A DNA stretch of 64,000 nucleotides from Octopus vulgaris. Its lineage: Eukaryota. The translations under genes and the position numbers were made by a program. A model generated the notes under the pieces. That model saw only the letters and a list, made by a program, of their open reading frames with translations, ran no database searches and had not been told where the DNA came from. Every line of letters starts with the position of its first letter. The first letter of the stretch is position 1. Below, piece after piece: positions 12,183 through 25,544 of this stretch. Where the stretch lies: contig OX597822.1 of assembly GCA_951406725.2 (NCBI GenBank), positions 86,676,001 to 86,740,000 of the forward strand, written 5' to 3'.

Positions 12183-13669
12183 CCTTAAAAGAGTTTGTGT
12201 CAGAATATAAAATGATGATGATGATGGTAATGATGAGTGAGACTAAAACTGGACTAATATTAATGGATTTTAAGTTGTCAGATTTAATAATTTCCTCCAA
12301 CTACATCACATTGAAATACGACCTTTGTAGCCATCACCAAAATCTACAGGTATGTTAAAACAGACTGGTTAGTGAAGAAAATGCAATATATCCAGGACTG
12401 TCACACTGCACTCTATACATGTCAGAGTGTACAACAATGTAGTCATTAGGCAGAGACTTTGATAGTGTAACAAGTAAAACAAATCTGTGGTTCAAACCTA
12501 GTCACTTGGCCATGGCTCTGCTCAATCGCATCTGCCTTGGCAGCAACACAACTCTTTTCCTACTCAAATGAAACAATAACTCCCCTATCCTCATCCAATG
12601 CTCTGATCTAGAAAAACTTTAAAATAGCAGTGCATGCTACTCCTCTTTCTAAAACCAACTAAACAAATAAAACATACAACATATTACAAATAAAACAAGA
12701 AAACTGAGCTATTTTTATGTTATGGAGTTAGCCAGTCGACATTCTAGCTGCAGATCTATCAGCTTTGTGAGACATGTCATCTTAACAAAAATATGTAGAA
12801 GAATTAATAATTATACGAAATTGTCTGATCTGTTAGACAGCTGACATTATCAACTGTCAAAATTATAACTTGTTTTTACCAATAAAATACCACACTGGAA
12901 GTTAAATATAGACCTGGAATATCCAGTCAGTTTTTTTTTTTTAAATGTTAATGAAGGAGCAAAAACTTCCAACATATGGTATATACGTCCATTACCCATT
13001 TTTTCATCTTTGATCTCATTGTTTGTTTATATCTGATGTCTTGGACACAAAACACCATAGCAAAATCAGTGCTAGTGATAATCTGTAGAGATGACCTTAA
13101 CATGTGAAAAGGAAAAAGGTTGAGGGCAGTAAAATTTAACATTGGCTGTCTCTAAGCAGACACAGGTGTCAACTATATTTTAGATTCTAAAATATCTTGG
13201 GTTCACTTTACCTTTCTCCATCTTTTTCTATGCACACCCCTCCTTTATTTAGCCCCTTTTTTTTTTTCACTCTACAATCCTTTGTATCTATTTGCATTTC
13301 TTTTTTTCTTCACCTTGCTTCCATTTCTTCCTTCTGTCCATCTCCATCAACTATTTTCCCTTCTGTCCCTCCCTAACTTTCTCTCCTCATTATGGTTTGT
13401 CCTCACTATTTCTTCTCTTTGCACCATGGCACCTTCCTCTCGCTCACTCTACCTTTTTCTACCATTCTCTCTCTCCCCTCTCAGTTTCTCCATTCACCCA
13501 CCCTTTTCCTGCTTGACCACTGACCTGTTCAGTCAAATCCTCTTGGGTTCTCCCCTTAGCATTCACTTTCAGCCTTTACTTTCCTTTGGATATCTATCCT
13601 GTACAATAGATAGCCCAGTTTATAAAGGTAACATATTAACTGCAAAATAATTCTTAGAAAGGAACCTCA

Positions 13670-14680
13670 AAGTGGTTGTCTGACCTGCTACAAATAGTAG
13701 TCAAATCTCCCAAAATCATTGCACCAACTTTAAAATGATGGGACACATTGGATGATGTAACTTGAGATATGCTATTTAAAAAAATAATATTAAAGCAACA
13801 ATGCCTTTGATCATACATTTACTCAACTGGAGCTGGCCTAGGGCTAAAAAACTAAAGCAATTTGTGGACCAAAAGCCAACACAGAAAAATTAATCTAAAA
13901 ACAAACATGAATGACTAACTTCAGTCCAATTCATTCAATCTAGCTTATTTTAATAGATAAGCTAGCAATAAAACCAGGAAACAGCCAAGACAGTGGTGTT
14001 TCTTAAACTAGATACATTACAAGATTTTAGTTCAAATGATGAAGCAATTAACATTGCTTATTTCTCCTGTAGTTGATAATATAAATAACATCTTGGGGTC
14101 AATTCAATTCTTCTCCCAGCCACATACCTAACAAAAAGAAATGAAGTTTGAAAAGTGATGGTGATTGTCTTAAAATATTCTACTACTATGTTCCAGCAAT
14201 AACTTCTCTAAACTAATAAATTTCATAACATTTTAGCATGTTGGCCATCAGATACAATTACTATCAGACAGACATATCTACTGAGTAAGAGTTGACAACA
14301 GAGCCTATCTGTGGTCACTCAAGCTGCCAGAAACAGCTGCCAAATCTCATTTAAAGCATATGCTACCATCCTAAAAATGAAGGACATATTGGATAATGAC
14401 AAGATGACTGAAAATTATCTTAAAATGCACAAGGTGGAATATATCTGACTGAAAGAAATTCAACATATAACTTATTAAGTGAAAGGAGAAGAAAGAAAGC
14501 CAACTGCATCAATCATTAACTCCATAACAAACCAATAAGGTCAAGTGACCTGCAAGAAATAGTAGCCAAATCTCCTTCAAACAACAAAAAGGTCACAGAT
14601 AATCTAGTAATGATTAGTCTTTTAAAACTGATGGTCTTGGTTGGAATGCCTTTGATAATGTGTCAACAATTCAATAATGT
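13670..14680 (+). repeat. Cluster of three copies of a dispersed short repeat (family E)
   Basis: cctgctagaaatagcagccaaatctcc...ggacacattggataatg-type motif at about 13680, 14320 and 14545; also at about 23275, 42805 and 46250, and on the minus strand at about 28480, 42170 and 63880. Confidence 0.7.
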
Positions 14681-15784
14681 TGAATTAGACAACAATTCCA
14701 GTACATTAATTTCTTTTTACTCCACTGCCATGTCAAGGTTGTTACACTCTATGGCTATTTCCTTACAAGAATTAACAATGAAGAATTTAGTTTCTGTGAC
14801 CTCCATTCAATTCATTTCAAGGAAAATATTTACACAGACTGCCTTGTTCACATATTTCCTTGTTCTTACAGTTATTATAAGTTTACCAGACAATTCAAGA
14901 TGAATATGAAGGCTGTTAATCTCTGTCAACATCTGCATTCATCTTACAGAATTAATCTTTGTCAGCATTTAAAAAGAAATCATATGATAAAGTCAAGGAT
15001 GATTATTCACAACATACCAACCAACGTCTGAAATGCAGTTGTAAAGCTAATTACTGGTATTATATTTTTTTTTTTTTTTTGTCAAAGAAGAATGGAAGCT
15101 AACTCTGGTGAGATGTGACCTCAAAACCAAAAGAAACAAAAACAGTGAAACAGCAGTGGAGACAATCCTCCTTGACAGATTCTTACTAAATCCATGACCA
15201 AGTCCCTCAATGGCTAATATGCTCAGATACTCTGGATGGTTTTCAATGTCAAATTAATAGAGAAAATGACCAATGAGCAACTGTAAACATGTTCCCCACC
15301 TTACTGAGCAATGAGAGAAGAAGAAGACTGCAGCAGCTTGTCAAACATTGCATGGAAATAACAGGAATAATAGGAGTTGTCGATTGGTCATTGATGTAGG
15401 AAGCATGAGTGTCATTCCAAAAACATGTGCAAGAGCCTGGAATGGAATGGAATACATGGCACATGCAAGTTATAGTTGAGAGAGGATGATGACGTTTAAA
15501 TGTTTGAGAGATGATCTTCTCCATGATACAACTGACATCAATGATGATGAGGATCTCTGTCAATAACAATTAAATTTGAACCACCACTAATACTGTAGGA
15601 CAATGGTTCCCAACCTGTGGTCCAAGAACCCCTGGTGGTCTGCAAAGGTAGTAGTGGGGGGTCTGTCAGTATGTTAAGCTGACAGACTTTTCAATATCAT
15701 GGGGCCCATGGGAAAACTCCTAGCAAGTCAAATTCCTTGTCCAGTTCAGAATCTGAGCTAAAACGTTTCTCTTATGCAGAAGGG

Positions 15785-16125
15785 CAAAAAGACCCCCCTT
15801 TGGTCATGAATGACCATGGGATTGCACCTAGAAAGTTCCTCTCCAAGACACAAATCCAGGTACGGTTGTTTATGGAAGACCAGCAGTTGCCCATGCATAC
15901 CAGTCTCCCCCACCTCTCCATGCCACTGATGTTCTTCAAGGGAAAGGCAAACGCTGATACAACTTGGTACCAGTGACATCGCAACTTATTTCTACAGCTG
16001 AGTGAACTGGAGCAACGTGAAATAAAGTGTCATGCTCAAGAATACAACAGGGCCATCCAGGAATCAAACTAACAACCCTATGAATGGAAGCCCAATGCTC
16101 TAACCACTGAGCCATGCACCTTAAC
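15785..16125 (-). mobile_element. tRNA-derived SINE, family D
   Basis: Minus-strand head tggctcagtggttagagc...gtttgattcc (A/B boxes), then ttcttgagcatgacactttatttcacgttgctccagt, shared with the 43.6 kb copy. Confidence 0.8.
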
Positions 16126-17595
16126 ACTCTTATGCTAAAGCTTCTTAGAAGAACATGAATGCCATAGATTTATTTCATCTACCCTATGCTTAAAACTTGT
16201 CATCTAATAAATAAAAGAATTCAGGACTGGTTAGCTGTCAAAACTTATATGACTAATTAACAGCTTTTGAATGAAAACCAGGTGAAGAATTGCAAATAAT
16301 AAGATGAACATAGCAAAACCCCATGTGATAGTAACAGAACATAAAAGCCCAGTGCCAGGTGAGGTGGCATTAATTAATATGAAGCAAAGAAGGAAGTAGA
16401 TAGAATCTCCATATTTTATACTCAGTGAAAAATAGGTTTACAAGAGATTTGAGAGAGTTTTTGACAGGCTGACATAAAACTAGAACCTCAAATACAATAT
16501 ATACATAGTAGTCATATGTATCAACTTTTCATACAGCTCAGTTAATAACTAATGAAGATGAGCTAAATTAACCTTGGAGTGGTTGCAGTAAGAGTACAGA
16601 AGCAAGATTAAAAGACTGCAAGACACTTAAAGGCATATTGTCTATGTTTGCAAAGGATTTCTCTCTCTCTTCCTGTGAAAAGAAGACAGTATGAAATAAA
16701 GAAATGGATATTGAATGTGAAAAATTTGCAAAACTAGAGAGAAATGAGGTAGACATAATATGCATTAGAAAGAGGCTTGAACTTTGAAAAAAGCTGGATG
16801 ATAAATGCATCATGTTATGCATACAGGAGAGATGAAGAGATGACTGCATATGGTATGAGCAAGTAATGACAATAAACAAAGCTAGGTGAATAAACATTAA
16901 ATGGAAGGTAGAAGAAAAAAGCAGAAAACACAAGAAGAATGGATAAAATGATAAAAGATCAGATCAAGTGTTGATATATTTATAAAACTGAGCTATGCAA
17001 AAAGTGGACAGACATTAAAACATTGATAATGAACTTTATCATCTAAAATCAAAGTCTATAGTCATGTTTCAACATGGTCAACAGACATTTTAAAACAATT
17101 TAAAATGTTCAATGACTTTAAATATTTAAATATTTTCAACAAGTAGCAGGAGCAACTGGCAATGAGAAAAGGTAAAATTGATAAAAATGCCAGGTGTGCA
17201 TGTTTCATGAGAAAAGGAAATAAATGAGAGATAGGAAATTAGATTTTACAGATAAGGTAGGTTAAGTAGAAATTGTGGAAAAAGTCAGTGTTAACCAGTC
17301 CTGTTAAACATCAGAGCAAGGTTAATAGTTTATATAAACACAGCTGGTTCTCATACTGTAACTGAGAAAACTGAAGAGTTTTTATCATCCATGCAGTTAG
17401 TAGATAAAAACTCCCTTTTAGGAGTGTTTAAAAGCTTAAAAACATCAGGTAATGATGAATGACTCCAATAAAATCAATTAACTGAAACTTTAGGAAGTAA
17501 AGGATATGAATGGCGAAAGTTGATCTTCAAGCTGGAATGGTGAAAGTAATGGACATGTCTTAGCTTTAGTAAAGCAGTTGCCAAAACCGATCTCT

Positions 17596-17626
<31 letters not shown>

Positions 17627-17959
17627 AGAGAGAGTGTGTGTGTGTGTGTGTATAACATATCAACACTTGATTTGATCTTTTATCATTTGTGATACAGATT
17701 TTATCCATTCTTCCTGTTTTCTGCTTCTCCCCTCCATTTAATGCTTATTCACCCAGCTTAGTTTTTCCTCATTATTTGCTCATACACAGAAAATAGAATG
17801 AAAGTAATGACAGAGGTGATGACAATTGGTCAAGACCTTTGGTGATTTGCTGTGCTTCAGAAGACTCATTAAGCCAAGTGAAAGCATAGTTGTGGTCAGT
17901 GCCAGTGACACTTTAAAAGCACCCATGCCAGTGACACTTAATAGACACCTGTGCCATGT

Positions 17960-18190
17960 AGGAGTTATTTCCTGTTGTCAGCAGAGTCCAAAGCCATAAA
18001 ACTAAAGATGGAGGACAGAAAGCATAGTTGTTTCATTTGTGGTATCAAAAACCACTTGAAAGCTTTCTGTCCAGAAGAAATGAAAAATCATAAAAAGATT
18101 GAGCAGCATCAAAAAATGGCTACACCACCAATCTTCTTACCACCAGTTGCAGTTCTGAGGAGGGCCAAAAAATACACTTCATTTTAGGTC
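17960..18190 (+). mobile_element. Retroelement ORF1/gag zinc-knuckle remnant (L1/Tx1-like)
   Basis: CFICGIKNHLKAFC is C-x2-C-x4-H-x4-C; no splice context or intact ORF. Confidence 0.55.
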
Positions 18191-18876
18191 ACAGTAACAA
18201 AAAATTTCAAGGCATCTTTTGTCAGTCTGGAAGTATCTTTGTGTTTGGTAATAGAGGCAGAAAATGGTAAAGCACCCCCTCCTCACAGCTTTACCCCATA
18301 CACTTGCAAGGATGGTGATTAAATGGAGGAAAGTAGGAAAGAAAAGAAAATGGAAAAAGAGACAAAAAAAAAACAAATGATCCTCTCAGAAAACTTGGAA
18401 GAAAAGTTCAAACTGTGAGACTCAAGCAGTTTCACAGGTATTAGAAATAACAAAAAACTACTTGAAGTTGTGCCAAGTGGAAGAAAGTAAGCCAACCATT
18501 TGTGGATAGAGAAGGAATTGTATCAGTACAATATCCAGCATACCATTGCTCACATATTGGTTAGAACAGAAAAAAGCTTATGAACAAGTATTCCTGCCCA
18601 GATGTAGTTCTCTTTCTTGACAAGCCCAGTGAAGAGATGCTGATTAGGGATTTCAGAAGTCCCTGAGAAATGTACAATATCTGGTGGGTAAGTGGAAACA
18701 AGTGGCACATTGACTCAACCAAACTAGTGAATTCCTAACCATTTGTGAGTGGATAATCTCAAAATTTTTTTATGTAATATTATCATTATATCTTGTGTTT
18801 GTTTTTAAATTTTTTTCCCATTAATTCTTTCATCAAATTTTTAATCCCTCTATAACATCTCTTCCCAACTTAGTCC

Positions 18877-19081
18877 AGTAGTTTTCAACCAGGCTCCAGA
18901 TAAAAATTTGTGGTTAAAATTTATGTGCCAATAAGTTGCTTATTCTTCTACAAACACAAAATATAATTTTCTTTTTACATAATTCATAATAATATCTAAA
19001 TATTATATATATACATGGAATGGTCCAATAGAGAAAAACAGGAATCAAATGGGGACACAGACAAATAGTTGAGAATCACTG
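18877..19081. mobile_element. hAT-type MITE
   Basis: TIRs cagtagttttcaac and gttgagaatcactg. Confidence 0.7.
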
Positions 19082-19214
19082 TTCTAGGTCCACATGTACT
19101 ATAAACTTCCATGTTCTTTAATGTTTATTGCATGTATTTCTATGAACCCTTGAGGCAAATAAAAAATTATTAAAATATGTGGATGGATAATTTTTGGTGG
19201 GGAGATTTTATTAG

Positions 19215-19380
19215 TTGGTGGTTTGCTTCCCAATCACATGGTTCCAGGTTCAGTCCCACTGCATGGCACCTTGGGTAAGTGTCTTACACTATAGCCTTGG
19301 GCTGACCAAAGCTTTGCGAGTGGATTTGGTAGACAGAAACTGAAAGAAGCCCGTTGTGTGTGTGTGTGTGTGCGTGCGCG
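19215..19380 (+). mobile_element. SINE family B, 5' half, ending in (TG)n at the mariner insertion
   Basis: ggttcagtcccactgcatggcaccttgggtaagtgtc...gaaactgaaagaagccc. Confidence 0.85.
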
Positions 19381-19388
19381 CATATATT

Positions 19389-20118
19389 CTAGCTCACTTC
19401 CGCGGTTTACAGCAGTGCTTGGAAGGAAGGTGTGTAGCATGTGTTTGTTGTGTTGACCAGAACAGAGAAAGTGGTTATGGTGATACTGGCTCAGAGGCCT
19501 ACGTAAAGTTGCAAAAAGCATATGAAAAGGGGTGTATGAGATGCACACAAGTCTACAAGTGGTTCAAACGTTTCCAAGATGGCCAAAAAAATGTCGATAT
19601 TGACAAACATTCTGGGAGACCTGCAACCAGCAGAACTGAGAAAAACATTGCAGATGTGCGTGCAGCTGTGAGAGTAAATTGTCAAACCACCATCCGTGAG
19701 TTACAGTTCAGTTCAGTCCATAATTACAGAAGATTTGGGTACGAGATGCGTGTCTGCCAAGTTTGTGCCAAAACTGCTTTCAGTTGACCGAAATGACACT
19801 GGGATTTCAGTTGCATAAGATCTCCTTGATTGTGTTGAGAATGATGAAAACATTTTGAAAACTTTGCATAGGCTTCTGAGCAGGTATCGCCAAGCTTTTA
19901 GCAAAATTTGATGCAAATTCTCTGCTCAATGCAACGATCACACATTACACACCTTCCTTTCAAGCACTGCTGTAAACAGCAGAAGTGAGCTATAATGTTA
20001 AAACTTAGTGCACATGCACATCAGATTTCAAGGTCAATCTGTGCTAAGCAGCTTTACTCTGCATGCTTTAGTTTTGTTACTATGGCAACAATCCGGATAC
20101 TTATTGATCAGATCATGA
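19389..20118 (+). mobile_element. Internally deleted mariner transposon
   Basis: QVYKWFKRFQDG...HSGRPATSRT...TIREL is the mariner HTH region, followed by AKFVPKLL (WVP-linker). Right end ccggatacttattgatcaga is TIR-like; no DD34D domain. Confidence 0.88.
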
Positions 20119-20539
20119 ATATACATATATATAATATAATATAAATAATATACAAATATATATGCATATATATACATATATGTACATACTTACATATGTA
20201 TATAGACATGCATATATGGGGACAGGACACCATACACACACACATATATACGTGTGTGTGCATGTGTGTGTATCCTATAACCCTGCTCTCTGAGCCAATC
20301 CTATAGCTTTCGTTTTCAATTACTACAGTCACCTCTATCCCATCAAACCATCTCTTCTCACAGCTTTAGGAAATTTCCCTTCTGTCCCCCACTGCCCACT
20401 CACCTACTCCAATCCTGTGCATTACTTCACTTATACCCCACCCAGTGTACCTTGATGGTATGTCCTGACATATATCCACCACCATTTCTCTCACTCTCCA
20501 TTTTTCAAAGTTTTCACTTTGTCCCCCTTCTCCAATAAG

Positions 20540-20885
20540 AGTATCCTTATGTCTCTTCTACAGCAAGGCACCTAGTTCTACCTCTTCATTATTCTTTTAA
20601 CCTCTTATCACTGGCACAATTCCACTTCCACAATACTACTCCCTCCAATTAAGGGGACTGTCTTGTCTTACAGTTTACTTGGTAATCCAACTGATGTTGG
20701 TTCCACGAAAAAAAAAGAAAAAGCACCCAGTACACTCTGTAAATTGGTTGGTATTAGGAAGGGCATCCAGCAATAGAAACCACACCAAAACAGACAATAG
20801 AGCTTGGCACAGCCCTCTGGCTTGCCAGCTCTTGTTAAACCATCCAACCCATGCCAGCATGGAAAATAGGTATTAAATGATGATA
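20540..20885 (+). mobile_element. Non-coding element: pyrimidine-rich leader plus RTE 3' tail
   Basis: Leader ctacagcaaggacacc...ggcacaattccacttcc matches 43270-43400; the tail ends aaatgatgat. Confidence 0.7.
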
Positions 20886-21933
20886 ATATCAAGAGTATGG
20901 AGAGAGAGAGAGAGAGAGAGAGAAGAGTTGAAACATTATTTAATTTCAAGGCAACAAAAATGTAGCAGCAATATACTGACTGACAATATATCATATTCGT
21001 TTCCATATGTAACATATGTAATTTCTAAAATTTCAATTAAATCAAGATCAATAAAACATGTCCCAGAATTCAAAGTGAGAAATCAAAAAGTAAGACATAC
21101 AGTAAGAAAGGCAATGAAACCCAGAGAGGTGGCAGAGGACAAACTAAAAAGATATGGAGAGGGTGGAGATTAGATAAATATACATTGTAGGAATGAGTTT
21201 AAAAGTGAACATGTTGTTCAGAGACAGAGATATGTGAGAGGGAGAAAGTTGAAGAGAGAAGGTGAAAAAGCTTGCTTATGGGTGGATGTGACAGCTTGCA
21301 GCTATGTAAATATGAAAGAAAATTCTAGATAGGCAGATGGACAACACAACATATACACAGATAAATATTTGTAGACATGGGCACTGCATAGAGGCTCCAT
21401 CATAAGGTAAGAAAAAGAAAAATTATTCAATCAATAATTTTTATGGCTTCAAATTTTACTCAAATTTTAGAATTGACATAGATAAATCATTCACACAAAT
21501 TTGAGCCTTCCTTTCAGAAATAAATCAGATCAAAATAATAATGATTCAGCAAAAAAAATTTTAAACTAATAACAATACAGCTATAGAAATAGTTTTAAGC
21601 AAAGTGAAAAAATGTAGGTCAATGCTTGACCAAACTGACAACAAATCAAAATAATTTTATAGAACAGCAAAGTCACAAAATTAATTTCAGATAATCATTG
21701 CTAATGAAGAGCAATCATGATATTTTCAAATGTTCAGTCACCACCATGCATATACATGGGGCAGCATCTCCATTCAAATGGTTTTCAAGTAATCATTGAA
21801 AAGTTCTTTAAATTTATAATTCATTAGTTTCAATTTTTCTTGGAACAAGATCAAAAAGACTCAATATCTCTGTATGACAGTAAGATTGAAGAAAATTCCT
21901 GCCATGGTTAACAAAATACTGGTCAAATACCAC

Positions 21934-22315
21934 CATCATCATCGTTTAACGTCCATTTTCCATGCTGGCATGGGTTAGACAGTTTGACTGAGGTTTGGAG
22001 AGCCAGCAGCTGCACCAGGCTCCAATCTGATCTGGCAATGTTTCTACAGCTGGATGCCCTTCCTAATGCCAACCACTCCAAGAGTGTAGTGGGTGCATTT
22101 TATGTGCCACCAGCGCAGAAGCCAGTCAGGTGGGTCTGGCATCGATCACATTTGGATAGTGTTTTTCACATGCCACCAGCACAGGGGCCAGTCAGGGGTT
22201 ACTGGCATTGTCCATGTTCAGCTGATGCTTTTAACATTCCACCGGCACAGGAGCCAGTCAGGGGGCACTGTCATTGGCTACATTTGGATGGTGCCTTTTA
22301 CATGCCACCAGCACT
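21934..22315 (-). mobile_element. RTE 3' tail with about 4 internal ~57-bp tandem units
   Basis: (CAT)n tail; the unit tgccaccagcacaggagccagtcagg...ggatggtgcttttaca is repeated. Confidence 0.9.
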
Positions 22316-22574
22316 ACCTTATAGTAGTAATTCTACTCCATCATACAGCACCAATTGTCAGAACAAATTATTGATCCATGACCAATTTTATTTTATGTAA
22401 CATTGAATCATGGGTCTGCTTTTCTCTCTGGTACTTGTTCAAGGAAACCTTTCTAGACATCTCCTCATATAAAAGGTTTGATACTTACAAACAACTGTCC
22501 TATTGCTAGGTTGGATCATTATTTACAATTTTATCAAAATGATAATTACTCCCCTTCCCTGTTGAGAGGATTTT

Positions 22575-22785
22575 GTCATGCAAGGTACTTGGTGACTGTC
22601 AGCGTTGGTACCATGTAAAAAAGCACCAAGTACACTCTATAAAGTGACTGGTTTTAGGAAGGGCATCCAGCTGTAGAAACCATGCCAGAACAGAGAATGG
22701 AGCCTGGTGCAGCCTCTGGCCTTGCCAGCTCTTGTCAAACAGACCAACCAATTCCAGCATGGAAAATAGACATTAAACGATGATA
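22575..22785 (+). mobile_element. RTE-tailed fragment
   Basis: aggaagggcatccagctgtagaaacc...gacattaaacgatgat. Confidence 0.8.
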
Positions 22786-23516
22786 AATTTTCAAGGAGAT
22801 TCCATAGTTGGAGTTTTACAGCAGGTAGTAAATAGATACATCAATGACAACTAGTGGTGGTGGGGAACAAAGAACTGGTGGTCTTTGATGATTTGGAAGA
22901 AAAACTGGTAAACTCCATACATGAAAATGACTTTTGCAAATAGAAATGGCATCTTATTTACATAAACAGCAGCAAAAATATAAACGATGCTGCAGTCGCA
23001 CCCTCCTGTTTTAAACAACAAACCCTAAAAAAGACTGGCCATAGCACAGTATCAATAACAAAACAATTTTCCATGGCCACTAAACTGGTCACCAGCAAAG
23101 TATTGAGAAATGAAATATGTTGTACTAAAAAAGAAAAAAAGCCAGATTCCAATTTTTTTCTTTTCTTTTGAAACACATGCACCCCTACATACACAGTCAC
23201 AAAAAGGTTACCCTATACATTGACACACACACAAAAAAATACTTGAACACAAGTCAAGGATATTTCTACTTGGTCTCTCAACCTGCTAGAAGTAAGAGCC
23301 AACTCTCCTTTAAATTAGACCCAACCTTAATTTAAAAGGCAGCACATTGAATAATGTTGTACTACAAATGCAGGGTGGGTGGCCATGGTTGGAATTCTTT
23401 GATCATACTTCAATCAAGGCTGACCTGGGATTAAATGATAACAATCATGTGAAAACACACACATAACTACTGAAATGTGCAAACACACAGAAAACACGCA
23501 CATAATCTTGCCTTAC

Positions 23517-23856
23517 CAGCAGCACACATGAAGTCTGCAACATCATTTACATATCTGTAAATAATAAGATTCAAGTTTTATTGAAACTGGGAACGTTTTC
23601 CCTCAGCATGGATGTTGTAAAGTTCATGGAGAAAAAGAAACAGAGTGATGGACAAAACCACCTCAATTGTGTGCACTTTGACATCTTCCCAGACAGCTGG
23701 AAGACAGACTGAAAATGGTTCTTTTGACAGTTATTGTGTATCTTCCCAAGAGTAAGATACTTCTCCACATTACAGTTATAGCCACACAACTTGACCATTT
23801 TCTGATAACTCTTGCCTACATAGAACACTGACAATTCTTTTAGTATACTATTTATA
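23517..23856 (-). promoter_or_regulatory. Candidate alternative ACLY promoter / 5' exon
   Basis: Minus strand has TATAAATA (23849-23856), TCAGT Inr-like (23827-23831) and donor CTG|GTAAGG at 23517/23516; an ATG at 23527-23529 would be in frame with ACLY. Confidence 0.35.
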
Positions 23857-23904
23857 GGAGGAGGAGGAGCCATAGTAAAATCATTAGTTTCAAACTGCTA
23901 AATA

Positions 23905-24258
23905 TTCTTTGACTTGTTTCAGTCATTTGAGTACGGTCATGCTGAGGCACCACCTTTAGCTAAACAAATCAACCCCAGGACATTCTTGGTAAGCCTAGTA
24001 CTCATTCTATAGTCTCCATTGCCAAACTGCTAAGTTAAGGGGACGTGAGCACACCAACATCAGTTGTCAAGCGATGGTGGAGGGACAAACAGAGACACAC
24101 AAATATATACATGTATACATGACAGGCTTCTTTCAGTTTTCGTCTGTCAACAGAATTCACTCGCAAGGCTTTGGTCGGTTCAAGGTTATAGAAGACACCT
24201 ACCCATGGTGCCATGTAGTGGAACTGAACCTGGAACCACATGGCTGGGAAGCAAGCTT
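23905..24258 (-). mobile_element. SINE family B, near full length
   Basis: Reverse-strand homologue of 40776-41180. Confidence 0.88.
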
Positions 24259-24439
24259 CTTATTCAATATGGCAAAAGCATTTCTTGAAACTACAAATGC
24301 ATTCAAATATTTCAAAGCAATGTACAGAGTTTGATAGGCCATCGGTCAGTAGTATTTCAATATGGATATCTTCAACAAATTGTCATTCTGATCCCAACTT
24401 GACAAATTCACAGAGAAATGCAATTTCTCTCAAAATCAT

Positions 24440-24610
24440 AATATTGGTTTCAAATTTTGTCACAAGGCCAGCAATTCTCAGGAAGCGGGTAAGTTGACTA
24501 CATCAACCCCAGTGCTTGACTGGTTCTTTATTTTATCTATCCTGAAAGGACGAAAGGCAAAGTCAACCTCACTGGCATTTGAACTCAGAATGTAAAGATA
24601 GACAATATGC
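24440..24610 (-). mobile_element. SINE family C
   Basis: ttggtttcaaattttgtcacaaggccagcaatt...aaaggcaaagtcaacctc...tttgaactcagaa. Confidence 0.8.
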
Positions 24611-25544
24611 TGCCAAGCAGTCTGCCTAGCAAGCTGATGCCAGCTGACCATCTTTCAAACTTGCATAATATTGATGTTTTGGTTCTTGATAACATTTGCT
24701 TCAGAGTCAGAAAGCATGTCCTTTTGGCAATAACTGTTTCTTCTTCAATCTTATTGAGGACATTGTGGTTTCTATTATTTCTACAGAGTTCATTTTCTCC
24801 AACACTTTAGGGTAGACCATCACAGAGACTTAATATTCTTAACCTCTGATTTAGAGATGGACAAACCAGTTATTTCTCTATTATCAATGGAATTGTTGAG
24901 TTTTTAAAAAATGCTTTGTGTTCTGGCACTAACTGAAAGATATCTTAACTAGGATTCAATCAAATTGATCAGGCAGTATTAATTCTCCAAATCTTGTTGG
25001 CACTGCCATTGATATGTTGCCAATTATAGGCAACAATTATGACCAAAGAATGCTTTCATTATCCTGGACCAAGTGCCTTGTTTAAGTTCATTAATGTAAT
25101 TCACAACAAAGTGTTTATTGGAGTAAAACATTTGCCACTAACATGCAACTTGTTACTTCAGCTAGTCAAAATCAACTGATTAACTAAATAAAATGCAAGT
25201 CACATGCAATCTTTATTGATTTTTCTTGCTTAGTTTCTACCATTTTGTAGTTTCATGAAATAATTGAAAACAGACTTTAAACATGAACTTGAGTGCTGTT
25301 TATTGCATTCAATAACATGATCCAAGCATTGCAAATATATGTTTCTTTACAGGTAGTACATGAACTGTTTAGATTTTTTAATTGTTAAAACAGTAATTCC
25401 TTCTAATTGAAAAGTAAAGGTAAATTTTGAAAAAGAATAAAATGTTTACTGGTGTTATTTCTTGCTTGTTTTTTTGTTCAGGATTCAACAATTGATAAAT
25501 TTTACATGCTGTAACAATATATTGGTTGTTCTTAAATCTGGTGA

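Noticed and set aside
16519-17010. Weak ~25-bp inverted repeats suggesting a DNA transposon
   Set aside because: Several mismatches, no TSD, and no recognisable transposase motif.
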